From Candidatus Latescibacterota bacterium (GTDB lineage Bacteria; Latescibacterota; UBA2968): DNA of 64,000 bases. The stretch spans positions 38,323 through 102,322 of the forward strand of contig OZ240241.1 in NCBI GenBank assembly GCA_965198115.1, given 5' to 3'. The notes beneath the pieces are model-generated. The model did no database searches, was not told the DNA's origin, and was given only the letters and a program-made list of their open reading frames with translations. Positions within the stretch are counted from its first letter, which is position 1, and the number at the start of each line of letters is the position of its first letter. Below are positions 34,898 to 44,115 of this stretch, in pieces. The position numbers were made by a program, and so were the translations under genes.

Positions 34898-36271
34898 GAG
34901 CTATAATCAAAAGGTGTGGAAAAAGAGAAAGGGCGACCCTACCCTTCCCGTGAGATAGTTGATTCACACAAAACCGGGTGAGAGGCCCGGTTGGGAAGGA
35001 GGATCGCCGTGAAGGAACATACGCATAGAGCCCCATTGAAGTCCATGCCGACGTGGGAGACGGTTGACGATTGGATCCGTGAAGAGATCCAGGGCCGGTT
35101 CCAGTCCATTCCGGAGGAGGAGGCGACCGCGTTCTTGGGCCGGTCGTGGTATGAGCGCCGAGCCGAGGTCGATAGCTCCAGGGGCTACAGGAACGGCTAC
35201 GGCAAGCCCCGGCGTCTCTCGACGAGCTGCGGAACGATCAAGGTCCGGCGTCCCCGGGCTCGTGGTCTGGAAGAGCGGTTTGAAAGCCGCATCCTCCCCC
35301 TGTTCGCCCGGAGAACCAGGGCCATTGGAGATCTGCTTCCCGACCTTTATCTCCACGGTCTCTCCCAGGGCGACTTCGAGTTGTCTTTGCGTGCGCTGCT
35401 CGGTGATGGCGCGCCGCTTTCGCCGACCTCGATCGCTCGTCTTCGAGGGAAGTGGGAGGTCGACTTCCAGGACTGGAAAGAAAGGCGTCTGGATAATCGC
35501 GAACTGGTCTACGCCTGGGCTGATGGCATCTACGTCAAAGCCGGGCTCGAGCGCGAGAAGGCGTGTCTGCTGGTCGTGATCGGCGCGATGAGCGACGGCA
35601 GCAAGGAGATCCTGGCGATAGAACCCGGTTATCGAGAGTCTACAGAATCCTGGCTCACGGTGCTCCGGAATCTCCGGGATCGCGGGCTCGAACATCCTGT
35701 CCTGATCGCCGCGGACGGGAATATGGGCATCTGGGCGGCCGTTGATCAGGTCTGGCCAGAGAGCCGGCAACAACGGTGCTGGAACCACAAGATCCTCAAC
35801 GTGCTCGACAAGGTCGCCAAGCGTGCACAGGCTGAAGCCCGCGCACTGCTCGTCCAGATCCCCTATGCCGGCACGAAAAAGGAGGCCGAGAAGCTCCGGA
35901 AACGCTTTGCCGCACGGTATCGCTCACAGTTCCCTGCCGCCGTGGAGACGCTCGAAAGAGACTGGGATCGGATGGTCACGTTCTACGACTTCCCGAAGGA
36001 ACACTGGAAACACCTGAGAACCACGAACGTCGTCGAGAGCCCCTTTGCTTCCGTTCGGCTTCGCACAAACGCCGCCAGGCGATTCAAGAAAGTCAGGAAC
36101 GCCACGACTCTCATCTGGCGTACGCTCAAGGTCGCAGAGAGCCGATTCAGGAAACTCACCGCGCCACACTTGCTACAACAAGTCTACGATCAGAAACACT
36201 CAACCGGACCGCAGGTCGAAGCCGGGAAGATGGCCGCCTGATTTCTTTTACACACCTATTGACCTGAGCTC
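34898..36271 (+). mobile_element. IS256-a, copy 2 (no target-site duplication)
   Basis: Same termini as copy 1. The flanks GGAAGGAG (34890..34897) and AGGTAGAA (36272..36279) do not match each other. Confidence 0.88.
34991..36241 (+). CDS. IS256-family transposase, 416 aa
   Basis: Intact ORF. It differs from 22947..24197 at four residues in the ORF track (L38P, V88A, D235N, T364A by my count). Confidence 0.92.
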   Translation: MGRRIAVKEHTHRAPLKSMPTWETVDDWIREEIQGRFQSIPEEEATAFLGRSWYERRAEVDSSRGYRNGYGKPRRLSTSCGTIKVRRPRARGLEERFESRILPLFARRTRAIGDLLPDLYLHGLSQGDFELSLRALLGDGAPLSPTSIARLRGKWEVDFQDWKERRLDNRELVYAWADGIYVKAGLEREKACLLVVIGAMSDGSKEILAIEPGYRESTESWLTVLRNLRDRGLEHPVLIAADGNMGIWAAVDQVWPESRQQRCWNHKILNVLDKVAKRAQAEARALLVQIPYAGTKKEAEKLRKRFAARYRSQFPAAVETLERDWDRMVTFYDFPKEHWKHLRTTNVVESPFASVRLRTNAARRFKKVRNATTLIWRTLKVAESRFRKLTAPHLLQQVYDQKHSTGPQVEAGKMAA

Positions 36272-36590
36272 AGGTAGAAGGCCTTCTATTAGTAAGGCAT
36301 CAATTTCCCGACCAGATCCTCTAGGTAGATCCCTAGACTGAATAGACAAGGGCAGGATTCCTGCAATTCCCGATCTGAAGGACACCCTATCACCAACTTG
36401 CCAGCGACGCAAGATCGCGCTCATCTCCTTGGTGAGCTTCGCCGCTATGGGGGATAGGGCCGCCACCGTGCAACAGCAGCACTTGGCGGTTCGGGCCTTG
36501 ACGGCCCTCGACCCAACTTGCCTGCGGCAAATTCGCAAGTGCGCGAAATTGTTAGGCGGCATTGAGACAAACCTTTGAAGGAGAGATAAG

Positions 36591-37514
36591 ATGGCCTACA
36601 AGTGGATGCCGATCATCGGTGGATTTGAGGAAGAAGACGGCGATCTGACTTTCAGGGGGGCAACCACAATTGTACAGAACCAGGAGGCCGGCAAGGTAGG
36701 CCTCTTCGTGTGCGATCAGGTGTTCACTGGTGGTACCATCTCTGCGGAGATTGAGTTCAAGGGAGTCTCGGAAAGGTCCTCTTGTGACATTGTCATCTAC
36801 TACGATCCTCAGAACCAATCGACCGTAAACGTCGGGTTGGCCGACGAATCGTTATTCGCCATTAGGCATTTTGCTGCATCAAAGTGGACATTTCACGCGA
36901 TAGCTGGTGGTCAGGGCAATCTACAAGCAGACAAGCCATACGCGGTGAGAGTGGAGCGGTATGGTTCTTTGGTGCGCCAATTAGTAGACGGAGTTGAAGT
37001 CCTTCGGACGACCCTCCCGTTCACACTTGGGCAGTCACAGGTTGGAGTGCAGTGCGTCGATCAGACGGACATTATGGTGAGAGACTTCAAAGTCGAGAAC
37101 ATCCGTCCAAAGGCTTTTGTGGTCATGCAATTCAGTGAACCCTACAACGACGTGTATTACGATGTAATCAAGAACGTCTGTGACGAACTGAACATCGAAG
37201 TTAACCGCATTGATGAGGCTGGCGGCCCAGGGATCATAATCTCAGACATAACGCGTGAAATCAATGAATCACACCTAGTCATTGCGGACATTACACCCAG
37301 AAACCCGAATGTGTTCTATGAAGTTGGTTACGCCCACGCGCTAAGCAAGCCGACGATCCTCATAGCAGAGAAGGGTACTGATCTTCCTTTTGACGTTTCG
37401 CCTTTTCGAACTCTTTTCTATGAAAACTCCATCGGTGGCAAAGGTCGTCTTGAGGATGGGCTTCGAAAACACATTCAGGCCATCTTCTCTGAAAGAAGAG
37501 CTGCAGCCAGTTGA
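36591..37514 (+). CDS. two-domain protein: N-terminal beta-sandwich (jelly-roll/DUF1080-like) + C-terminal nucleoside 2-deoxyribosyltransferase/TIR-like Rossmannoid domain
   Basis: The C-terminal block is AFVVMQFSEPYNDVYYDVIKNVCDELNIEVNRIDEAGGPGIIISDITREINESHLVIADITPRNPNVFYEVGYAHALSKPTILIAEKGTDLPFD. It fits the NDT/TIR-like pattern (F..MPF...........I......R.D.....I...I...I....L.IADLT..NPNV.YE.G.A.......I.I). The N-terminal 170 aa are beta-rich (FRG..T..., ISAEIEFKG, YAVRVERYGS). GAGAGA/AAGGAG lies upstream. Confidence 0.6.
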   Translation: MAYKWMPIIGGFEEEDGDLTFRGATTIVQNQEAGKVGLFVCDQVFTGGTISAEIEFKGVSERSSCDIVIYYDPQNQSTVNVGLADESLFAIRHFAASKWTFHAIAGGQGNLQADKPYAVRVERYGSLVRQLVDGVEVLRTTLPFTLGQSQVGVQCVDQTDIMVRDFKVENIRPKAFVVMQFSEPYNDVYYDVIKNVCDELNIEVNRIDEAGGPGIIISDITREINESHLVIADITPRNPNVFYEVGYAHALSKPTILIAEKGTDLPFDVSPFRTLFYENSIGGKGRLEDGLRKHIQAIFSERRAAAS

Positions 37515-37570
37515 GAGTCAATAGTGGCGTATCCGGCTTCGTGGGCGGACAAGTCGTGTGAAGGGCCGAA

Positions 37571-38060
37571 GACCTATCGCTGTAGCGACATCGCCTTGTT
37601 GTAAGCCATTCCCCTGCAACGACTTAACGCTCGCAGATTATATGTGGCGGCGGCCTGTTTCCGACGCGGATTGTATGTTGCGGCATACTTCTCCCGTCAG
37701 GCGCCGGGCCGCCGCTGCGGCATACTTCTTCCGTCAGATCGCATCACCGGCGCACAGGCCTCTCTGTCGGTGCTCCAGTCCGTCAGGCAGTGCGGCCCTT
37801 GCGGATTGTAGCCTGGACAGTGGTCCTGTGCGTCGGTGATGCAGTCTGACGGAAGAAGTATGCTCGCGGGGGGACATAGAATCCGCGTCAGGCGACCCCG
37901 CGGCCAGTCGCTGTGCCGGGGTGGTGCAGTCTGACGGAAGAAGTATGCCGCAGCATACAATCCGCGTCGGAAACAGGCCGCCGCCGCATATAATCCGCGT
38001 GGGATAAAGCGTTGCAGGGGAATGGCTTACAACAGGACGATGCCGCTACGGCGATAGGTC
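37571..38060. repeat. 490-bp composite palindrome (foldback / MITE-like element)
   Basis: The outer arms 37573..37700 and 37931..38058 are reverse complements with scattered mismatches. The inner pair 37719..37738 / 37845..37863 carries the same motif, GCATACTTCT(T/C)CCGTCAG. This motif occurs 4 times (2 direct, 2 inverted). Related GCGGATTGTA motifs extend to about 38100. Confidence 0.8.
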
Positions 38061-38103
38061 CGCACGGATACAATCCGCTGACGCCGCTGCGCCATACTGA
38101 CCT

Positions 38104-38472
38104 GAACAGACCTGAGAGGGCATCCAGATGCCGTTGACGAAAGGTCGATATCGTGTCGTGATCAGGATGCTGATCCAGGCTGAGCACACGGAAAGCAACG
38201 GAGTCATAGGTCGCACGCTCGATCTTGCGGGAACTCCTGATGCCTTCGCAGTAACCATACAGCAGTAGGCTCACCATCATCCGGGGATCATACGGTGGCT
38301 GGCCACCTTGAGACCCATCGTAGGTCTCGTAGATCGCGGACAAATCAAGTTGTCCGACGATATCCAGAATGAAGTAGGTCGGATGACCCTTGGGAAGCCA
38401 ACTCCAGAGATCCGGAGGTAGCAACATCAACTGAGCCGGATTATAGTCACGAAACCGAGTAGAAGTGCTCAA
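38104..38472 (-). pseudogene. IS1182-family transposase, N-terminal fragment
   Basis: MSTSTRFRDYNPAQLMLLPPDLWSWLPKGHPTYFILDIVGQLDLSAIYETY...YDPRMMVSLLLYGYCEGIRSSRKIERATYDSVAFRVL...HPDHDTISTFRQRHLDAL is the DUF772/transposase_InsH N-terminal pattern. Homology ends where the palindromic repeats begin. Confidence 0.75.
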
Positions 38473-38512
38473 CGGAAACCTCCAATTCAGAGTCGGAACC
38501 TTGGTCGCACTT

Positions 38513-39040
38513 CTACAATACGAAATCTTCCTCCGGCTGGGTACTCCGACAGGCTCCTAGGATAGGCACAACACCCGCGCTCGGGATGACCTGTTCTAGG
38601 ATTCCAAGAGTTTTCTGTCTGAACTCCTTCGCCTCTGCTATAGTGATTGTTCGCGTACCGTGAGCTGAGAGGTTTCTCAGGAGCCCAAGTCTATTGAGGT
38701 CAGAGAAGACGAATGCGCTGAACGATCGACTGAAACAGTCTTTCGATAAGCTAAAGAAGAGATTGTGTTTCATTCCATGCTTGAACGTTGTCAAGCTGAA
38801 GTTTTCGCGTTCTTTGCTATCCCTAAAGAGGTTCGTAAAAGGCTCTGCACACTCCTGTCTTGATTGCAGGAATTGCACAAAGGGATCGTAGATATGCGTG
38901 CGCATTTCGCGAACAAGGACATTCCCGTAGGCAACGGGACACTCACCGAAGTCTTTGGAGTCGAGGCAGTTTGGGTAGGCCAATCTACGCTCACAATTGA
39001 TCAGGTTTTCTCGCGAAGATGGGGCCAAGCAGGACCACAC
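38513..39040 (-). CDS. HEPN/Abi_2-like protein (possibly 5'-truncated by IS630)
   Basis: LNRLGLLRNLSAHGTRTITIAE contains an R-x4-H motif in the RN..AH context typical of HEPN RNases of the AbiD/AbiF type. The ORF start lies 14 bp from the IS630 left end. It is low in GC. Confidence 0.45.
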   Translation of the reverse strand: MWSCLAPSSRENLINCERRLAYPNCLDSKDFGECPVAYGNVLVREMRTHIYDPFVQFLQSRQECAEPFTNLFRDSKERENFSLTTFKHGMKHNLFFSLSKDCFSRSFSAFVFSDLNRLGLLRNLSAHGTRTITIAEAKEFRQKTLGILEQVIPSAGVVPILGACRSTQPEEDFVL

Positions 39041-39053
39041 ACTAAGCTCCTTG

Positions 39054-40325
39054 CTAAGTGCATGGTTTCATAAACATTATTACGTATGTTCTGAACATTA
39101 TTTGTAGCTTATGTTCTCCTTCAAAAGGAGGAGAACAATGCCAAGACGTTCGCCTTATGTGGTGCTACTGTCTGAGAAGGAACGGGTCGACCTCGAGCGA
39201 ATGGCTGGACAATATACGTTACCGTATTATCAAGTGATCCGATCGAAAATCGTGCTTCTCGCCGCCGAGGGATTATCCAACAAGATTATCGCCCAACGGT
39301 TGGATGTCCCGCGTCCGATCGTAAGCAAATGGCGTAAGCGCTTTTTCGAAGAGCGTCTTTCGGGACTCGAAGATAGATCTCGTCCCGGGCGCCCGCCCGG
39401 TTTTCCCCCCTCAGGTGGTCGTTCAGATCAAGGCGCTGGCGTGTGAACTACCGAGCGAGAGCGGGATACCGCTCTCGCGGTTCAGCTGTTCCGAGATTGC
39501 CGCCGAGGCAGTGCAAAGGGGCTTCGTTGCCAAGATCAGCGGCGCCACTGTCTGGCGCTGGTTGAACGAGGACGCGATTCGTCCTTGGTATCATCGCTCC
39601 TGGATTTTCCCACGGGACCCGGACTTCCAAACCAAAGCAGGTAGAGTCCTTGATCTGTATCACCGCCAATGGCAAGGAAAGCCTTTAGGGCCGAGGGAAT
39701 ATGTACTTTCTGCCGACGAAAAGACCAGTATTCAAGCACGAGCTCGCAAGCACGTTACCCTACCGCCAGCCTCGAACAGAGCGGCACGCGTTGAACACGA
39801 ATACGAGCGGAAAGGAGCCCTGGCCTATCTGGCTGCTCTCGACGTGCACAATGGTCGAATCTTCGGTCTCTGTGAGTCTTCTTCGGGTATCGAGCCCTTC
39901 AACCGGCTCCTGAGCCTGATCATGAGCCGGAAACCCTATTGCTCGGCAAAGAAAGTCTACCTCATCGTGGATAATGGCTCCTCGCACCGAGGGCAAACAT
40001 GCATCGACCGTATCCGGGGGAAGTGGCCAAACATCCACCCCGTTCACCTTCCGATCCACGCAAGCTGGCTCAATCAGATCGAGATCTACTTCTCGATCCT
40101 CAAACGCAAGGCTCTGACACCTATCGAATTTGCATCGCTCGAAGAGCTTGAGGCAAGAATCCTCGGTTTTCAGGAACGCTACGGACGTATCGCCACACCC
40201 TTCAAATGGAAGTTCACACGAACAGATCTCGCGGAGATGATCGACAAACTCAGGTTCTACGATACGCCCTTGGCAAAGTCTGCTTAGAATACGTCACCGT
40301 ATTTGCGAACAGGAGTACTAAGTAT
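39054..40325 (+). mobile_element. IS630-family IS, copy 1 (about 1272 bp)
   Basis: Shared with copy 2 from CTAAGTGCATGG... to ...CAGGAGTACTAAGTAT. The termini are imperfectly inverted (CTAAGTGC versus rc CTTAGTAC). A TA dinucleotide is visible at the right junction. The exact ends are uncertain by a few bp. Confidence 0.8.
39138..40287 (+). CDS. IS630-family transposase; two frames joined by a +1 shift at a C6 run
   Basis: The HTH part is MPRRSPYVVLLSEKERVDLERMAGQ...LSNKIIAQRLDVPRPIVSKWRKRFFEERLSGLEDRSRPGRPPGFPP. The DDE part is VVQIKALACELP...LSADEKTSIQARAR...YLIVDNGSSHRG...HASWLNQIEIYFSILKRK. The junction is at GGTTTTCCCCCCTCAGG (about 39401..39412). ATG 39138 has AAGGAGGAG upstream. Confidence 0.7.
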
Positions 40326-40760
40326 GGCTACCGCAGCCTCCCTATCGATAGAAGACTGCGGCTGATTCTCCTTGATTCTCGTCTCGATCTCCTTTCGAGT
40401 AGTTTTATGCTCCTCTTGAATCGTCTGATTCTGCGCCGAGAAATGTTCAGCAAAGGACTCTGCCCACTTCTCGTCCAAAGGTTTGACTACATCGCGGCCG
40501 ACAACCTCGGTCCGGTCTGACGAGGGCCCACTCTCCTCCGTTTCACCTCTCCATATACCATTAAATGCTTTGCCAACTCGTTCGATCGCGACCCGTATGA
40601 CCTCAGACCCATACTGGTCTTCGAACTCTTGGACGCGGGCCTTCGCCTCACATCGAACAACATCCATATCTGGTCCTGTGCCAGTCGCCACTCGCTCCCA
40701 GTATTGCACTGCGTGGTAGTACCCGCCCGAGTCCTCATATCTATGTGCTAGTTCTGTCAT
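40326..40760 (-). CDS. hypothetical protein, 3' end replaced by the IS630 right end
   Basis: In ORF 40284..40760, the last ~13 codons and the stop lie inside IS630 sequence that copy 2 shares. I recognise no family motif. Confidence 0.3.
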
Positions 40761-40787
40761 CGCAGTTTGGTAGAACGGATCATCTTC

Positions 40788-41217
40788 GAGCTCAGGTCAA
40801 TAGGTGTGTAAAAGAAATCAGGCGGCCATCTTCCCGGCTTCGACCTGCGGTCCGGTTGAGTGTTTCTGATCGTAGACTTGTTGTAGCAAGTGTGGCGCGG
40901 TGAGTTTCCTGAATCGGCTCTCTGCGACCTTGAGCGTACGCCAGATGAGAGCCGTGGCGTTCCTGACTTTCTTGAATCGCCTGGCGGCGTTTGTGCGAAG
41001 CCGAACGGAAGCAAAGGGGCTCTCGACGACGTTCGTGGTTCTCAGGTGTTTCCAGTGTTCCTTCGGGAAGTCGTAGAACGTGACCATCCGATCCCAGTTT
41101 CTTTCGAGCGTCTCCACGGCGGCAGGGAACTGTGAGCGATACCGTGCGGCAAAGCGTTTCCGGAGCTTCTCGGCCTCCTTTTTCGTGCCGGCATAGGGGA
41201 TCTGGACGAGCAGTGCG
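40788..41217 (-). mobile_element. IS256-a, 3'-terminal 430-bp fragment
   Basis: It reverse-complements to ...LLVQIPYAGTKKEAEKLRKRFAARYRSQFPAAVETLERNWDRMVTFYDFPKEHWKHLRTTNVVESPF...GKMAA plus the right inverted repeat ...CCTATTGACCTGAGCTC ending at 40788. Confidence 0.85.
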
Positions 41218-41564
41218 GGAAGATAGGATTCGGCCTTGTCCAGTGCGGAGACGACCTCATCTCTCACTTCAGAGCCCCGGGCTTGGGTGAGCATCCCAAA
41301 TGCTTTCTGTGAGCAATAGTAGCCCACGATGTCTGCAAGTCTGTTCCACAGGAGTTCCATTGGTTCAACCCCTGCCTCTTGTGCTTCATTCTCCGCTTCC
41401 TCAGTCCACCTGAATTTCCTTCCACTGAATACCCTTACGGTAGTTCCTCGCAATGATTGTATCTTAGCTATGCTGGTGTAAATCTTCTCGATCTTCTTAA
41501 GATCCTTCCCTATCTGGACCGCCTTGTCAGATCTACGTGTGAGGGCAGGGATTGTCTTCCGCAT
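41218..41564 (-). CDS. hypothetical protein, C-terminally truncated by the IS256-a fragment
   Basis: MRKTIPALTRRSDKAVQIGKDLKKIEKIYTSIAKIQ...VSALDKAESYLPA fuses in frame into transposase sequence. This creates the chimeric 340-aa track ORF 40818..41840. GAGG lies 7 nt upstream of ATG 41564. Confidence 0.3.
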
Positions 41565-42581
41565 ATCGTTGCCTCTTTCTGGATCGATTCTATTGTGCGA
41601 GGTCGTCCCTTGGGCGCTGGTAATGCTTTCTCCTTTCATTGACTGGGGAGAGGAATGGTGTATCGTTTTCCCGTAAGCCCGCTGCAGTGCCTCGGCGGGA
41701 ATGCCTTCCTGCCGGGGCCTTTCTTCTGTTTCTCCTTTTCTCGATATAGTTCTCCGCGGGTTTCTGATGAAAGTAGTCCTCAGAATCCATGGTGTCCGCG
41801 AGAATCTTCTTTTTTTCACCATTTTCTTGAGAAGAGTCACGTATTCGACGCTAAGTCAGACTTATCCCTGGACATATCTGTTGAGCTAAGTGAAAACACG
41901 ATCTGACGTGGCAGATTCGAAGATGTTGCCGGGTCGGTTGGCTATCGGCTGAAGGTGTGGTGGTTAAGCTTTGACAGCCCGATCACAAGGGAGGTAGGTT
42001 CTCCCAAGGGGCACTTCCATTGAGCGCAGCTCAGACTGGAGTGCCCTGTTTTCTTGCGACCTATAGCTTGGTGGTGTTCCTATGCCCGAGACGATACCAG
42101 GCCTGCTCAGCGATGTTTTCCTTGAGCAGGACAAGGTCCTATTTGAGGAGGTCCTTACGTGCTTTGAATCGGGAGCGTTGAGGGCAGCCTACATACTCAC
42201 GTGGATTTGTATTGCTGAATCCATCAAGGCCAAGTTTAGAGATAATTACGATTTATTTTAAAATTATGAGTACTCATGTACTCAATTTCTAGTGGCCAAG
42301 CGACGACTGCCCTGTATCTGCGGCTCGCGGTGGAAGAACCCGGTCGAGAATCTGAGCAGCAACACGTGATGCCGGCCAGCCTCGTGGCCGGGACACACGC
42401 GCTCGACGTCTGCAAGACATAGAATCAGACACGGGATACGACACACGGCGGCGCTCACCGGAAGGCGCCCTCGCCGTCGTATCGTAAACGGCCGTTTGCG
42501 ATACATGCGGATCGGCTCCTTCGACTTGCTGAGGCGTGGAATGAATAGACACCACCGGTCTTTTCGATAGGAGAACAGGTT

Positions 42582-43556
42582 ATGACGCGGACAACCCTCG
42601 GTCGCCTTGAGCCGGTCGAGTTGCGAAACATCTGGACGAGTGAGGCCGCAGACTTCACCCCCTGGCTAGCCCGTCCAGAGAATCTCTCCGTGCTTGGCGA
42701 AACGCTGGGTATCGACCTGGAGGTGGAAGCCCAGGAGCGTTCGGTGGGTCCGTTTCGGGCGGATATCCTCTGCAAGGACATCGCGACCGACAGCTGGGTC
42801 CTGGTTGAGAATCAGTTGGAACGCACGGATCACAGTCACCTCGGCCAGCTGTTGACCTACGCCTCTGGCCTTGAAGCCGTCACCATCGTCTGGGTCGCAG
42901 CCCAGTTCACGGATGAGCATCGGTCGACGCTGGACTGGCTCAACAGGATCACGGATGCCAGATTTCGCTTCTTCGGCCTTGAGGTCCAGTTGTGGCGGAT
43001 CGAGGATTCGCCGCCAGCGCCACGATTCAATGTGATCTCCAAGCCGAACGACTGGTCACAATCCGTCGCACAGGCCGCTCGGGCGATTGACGACACCGAG
43101 TTGTCTGAAACGCGAGTGGCTCAACGGGCATATTGGGCTGCCCTACACACGGTGCTCGACGCAGCGGGCGGTCCCGTCTCAGGAAACCAGAAACCACAGC
43201 CACAGTCCTGGATGGTGTATCCGATTGGTCGCTCCGGCTTCCATCTGAGTGCAGTGATGATTCGTCCGAAGAACCGGGTCCGCGCCGAACTCTATATCAA
43301 GGGAGAGGAGGCCAAGGGGTTTCTCGCGTCTCTGAAGGAGCAGCGTGAGGCACTCGAAGGGGAGCTGGGGTACCACCTCGAATGGGAAGAGTTACCGACG
43401 CGACGTGACTGCCGGGTCGCGTGCTACTTGAATGACGTAGATCCCGAGAACGAGGCGGACTGGGCGCACCAGCACGAATGGCTAGCGCGGCACCTGAATG
43501 ACCTACATCGTGTACTGGCGCCACGAGTAAGAACCCTGGAGGCGACGCAGATCTGA
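42582..43556 (+). CDS. DUF4268 / NucS-like PD-(D/E)XK nuclease-fold protein
   Basis: GPFRADILCKDIATDSWVLVENQLERTDHSHLGQLLTYASGL is the characteristic D...E.Q(K) nuclease core plus the HLGQ.LTY motif seen in DUF4268-containing proteins. The C-terminal half (AYWAALHTVLD...WEEL) fits DUF4268. AGGAGAA lies upstream of the ATG. Confidence 0.7.
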   Translation: MTRTTLGRLEPVELRNIWTSEAADFTPWLARPENLSVLGETLGIDLEVEAQERSVGPFRADILCKDIATDSWVLVENQLERTDHSHLGQLLTYASGLEAVTIVWVAAQFTDEHRSTLDWLNRITDARFRFFGLEVQLWRIEDSPPAPRFNVISKPNDWSQSVAQAARAIDDTELSETRVAQRAYWAALHTVLDAAGGPVSGNQKPQPQSWMVYPIGRSGFHLSAVMIRPKNRVRAELYIKGEEAKGFLASLKEQREALEGELGYHLEWEELPTRRDCRVACYLNDVDPENEADWAHQHEWLARHLNDLHRVLAPRVRTLEATQI

Positions 43557-43600
43557 AATCATATACATGGCCAACTCAGAATCCGGCCATCAATGCACTT

Positions 43601-44115
43601 TGAATCGCCCCGGACTTGCCGGAGACTCTATTTCTTGAGAGGATAGAGTCATGACAATCAGAAAGAGGTATTCTCCAGAGGTCCGCGAACTGTGCGGTTC
43701 GGTTGGTGTTCGAACACGTGAGTGATTACGACTCCGAGTGGGAGACCATCTGTTCGATTGCGGCCAAGATCGGTTGTACTGCCGAGACGCTCCGCAAATG
43801 GGTGCGTAGGACCGAAGTGGACACGGGTCGTCGGGACGGCGTGACTAGCGATGAGCGGGCACAACTCAAGGAGCTGCAGCGTGAGAACCGAGAGTTGCGT
43901 CGTGCCAACGAGATCCTTCGCAAGGCATCGGCCTATTTCGCTCAGGCGGAGCTCGACCGCCCACCGAAACGTTAGTGGCCTGCATCGACGATCAACGTGA
44001 CAACTACGGGGTCGAGCCGATCTGCAAGGTTCTGCCGATCGCACCGTCCACTTACTACGAGCAGAAGGCCCGGCAGGCCGATCCTGACCGTCTGCCGCCC
44101 CGTGTCCGCCGGCGA
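43601..44115 (+). mobile_element. IS3-family IS, 5' fragment
   Basis: The left end TGAATCGCCCCGGACTTGCCGGAGACTC is a TGA...-type IS3 inverted repeat. It has orfA plus the first ~45 codons of orfB (MACIDDQRDNYGVEPICKVLPIAPSTYYEQKARQADPDRL). Homology is then lost. Confidence 0.75.
43651..43975 (+). pseudogene. IS3 orfA (HTH protein), 1-nt frameshift near the 5' end
   Basis: [13 protein letters not shown] then shifts frame to [89 protein letters not shown]. This is the typical IS3 OrfA with a leucine zipper. Confidence 0.8.

Noticed and set aside
40818-41840. 340-aa ORF that looks like one gene
   Set aside because: It is a chimera. The last ~130 codons are the C-terminus of the IS256-a transposase (a fragment ending at the IS inverted repeat). 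The middle belongs to an unrelated truncated ORF, and the first ~90 codons are Arg/Lys-rich read-through.
42082-42261. 59-aa ORF MPETIPGLLSDVFLEQDKVLFEEVLTCFESGALRAAYILTWICIAESIKAKFRDNYDLF
   Set aside because: It looks like the N-terminal stub of a larger helical protein and ends abruptly at an AT-rich palindrome (ATGAGTACTCAT). I cannot assign a family, so it is not reported as a feature.
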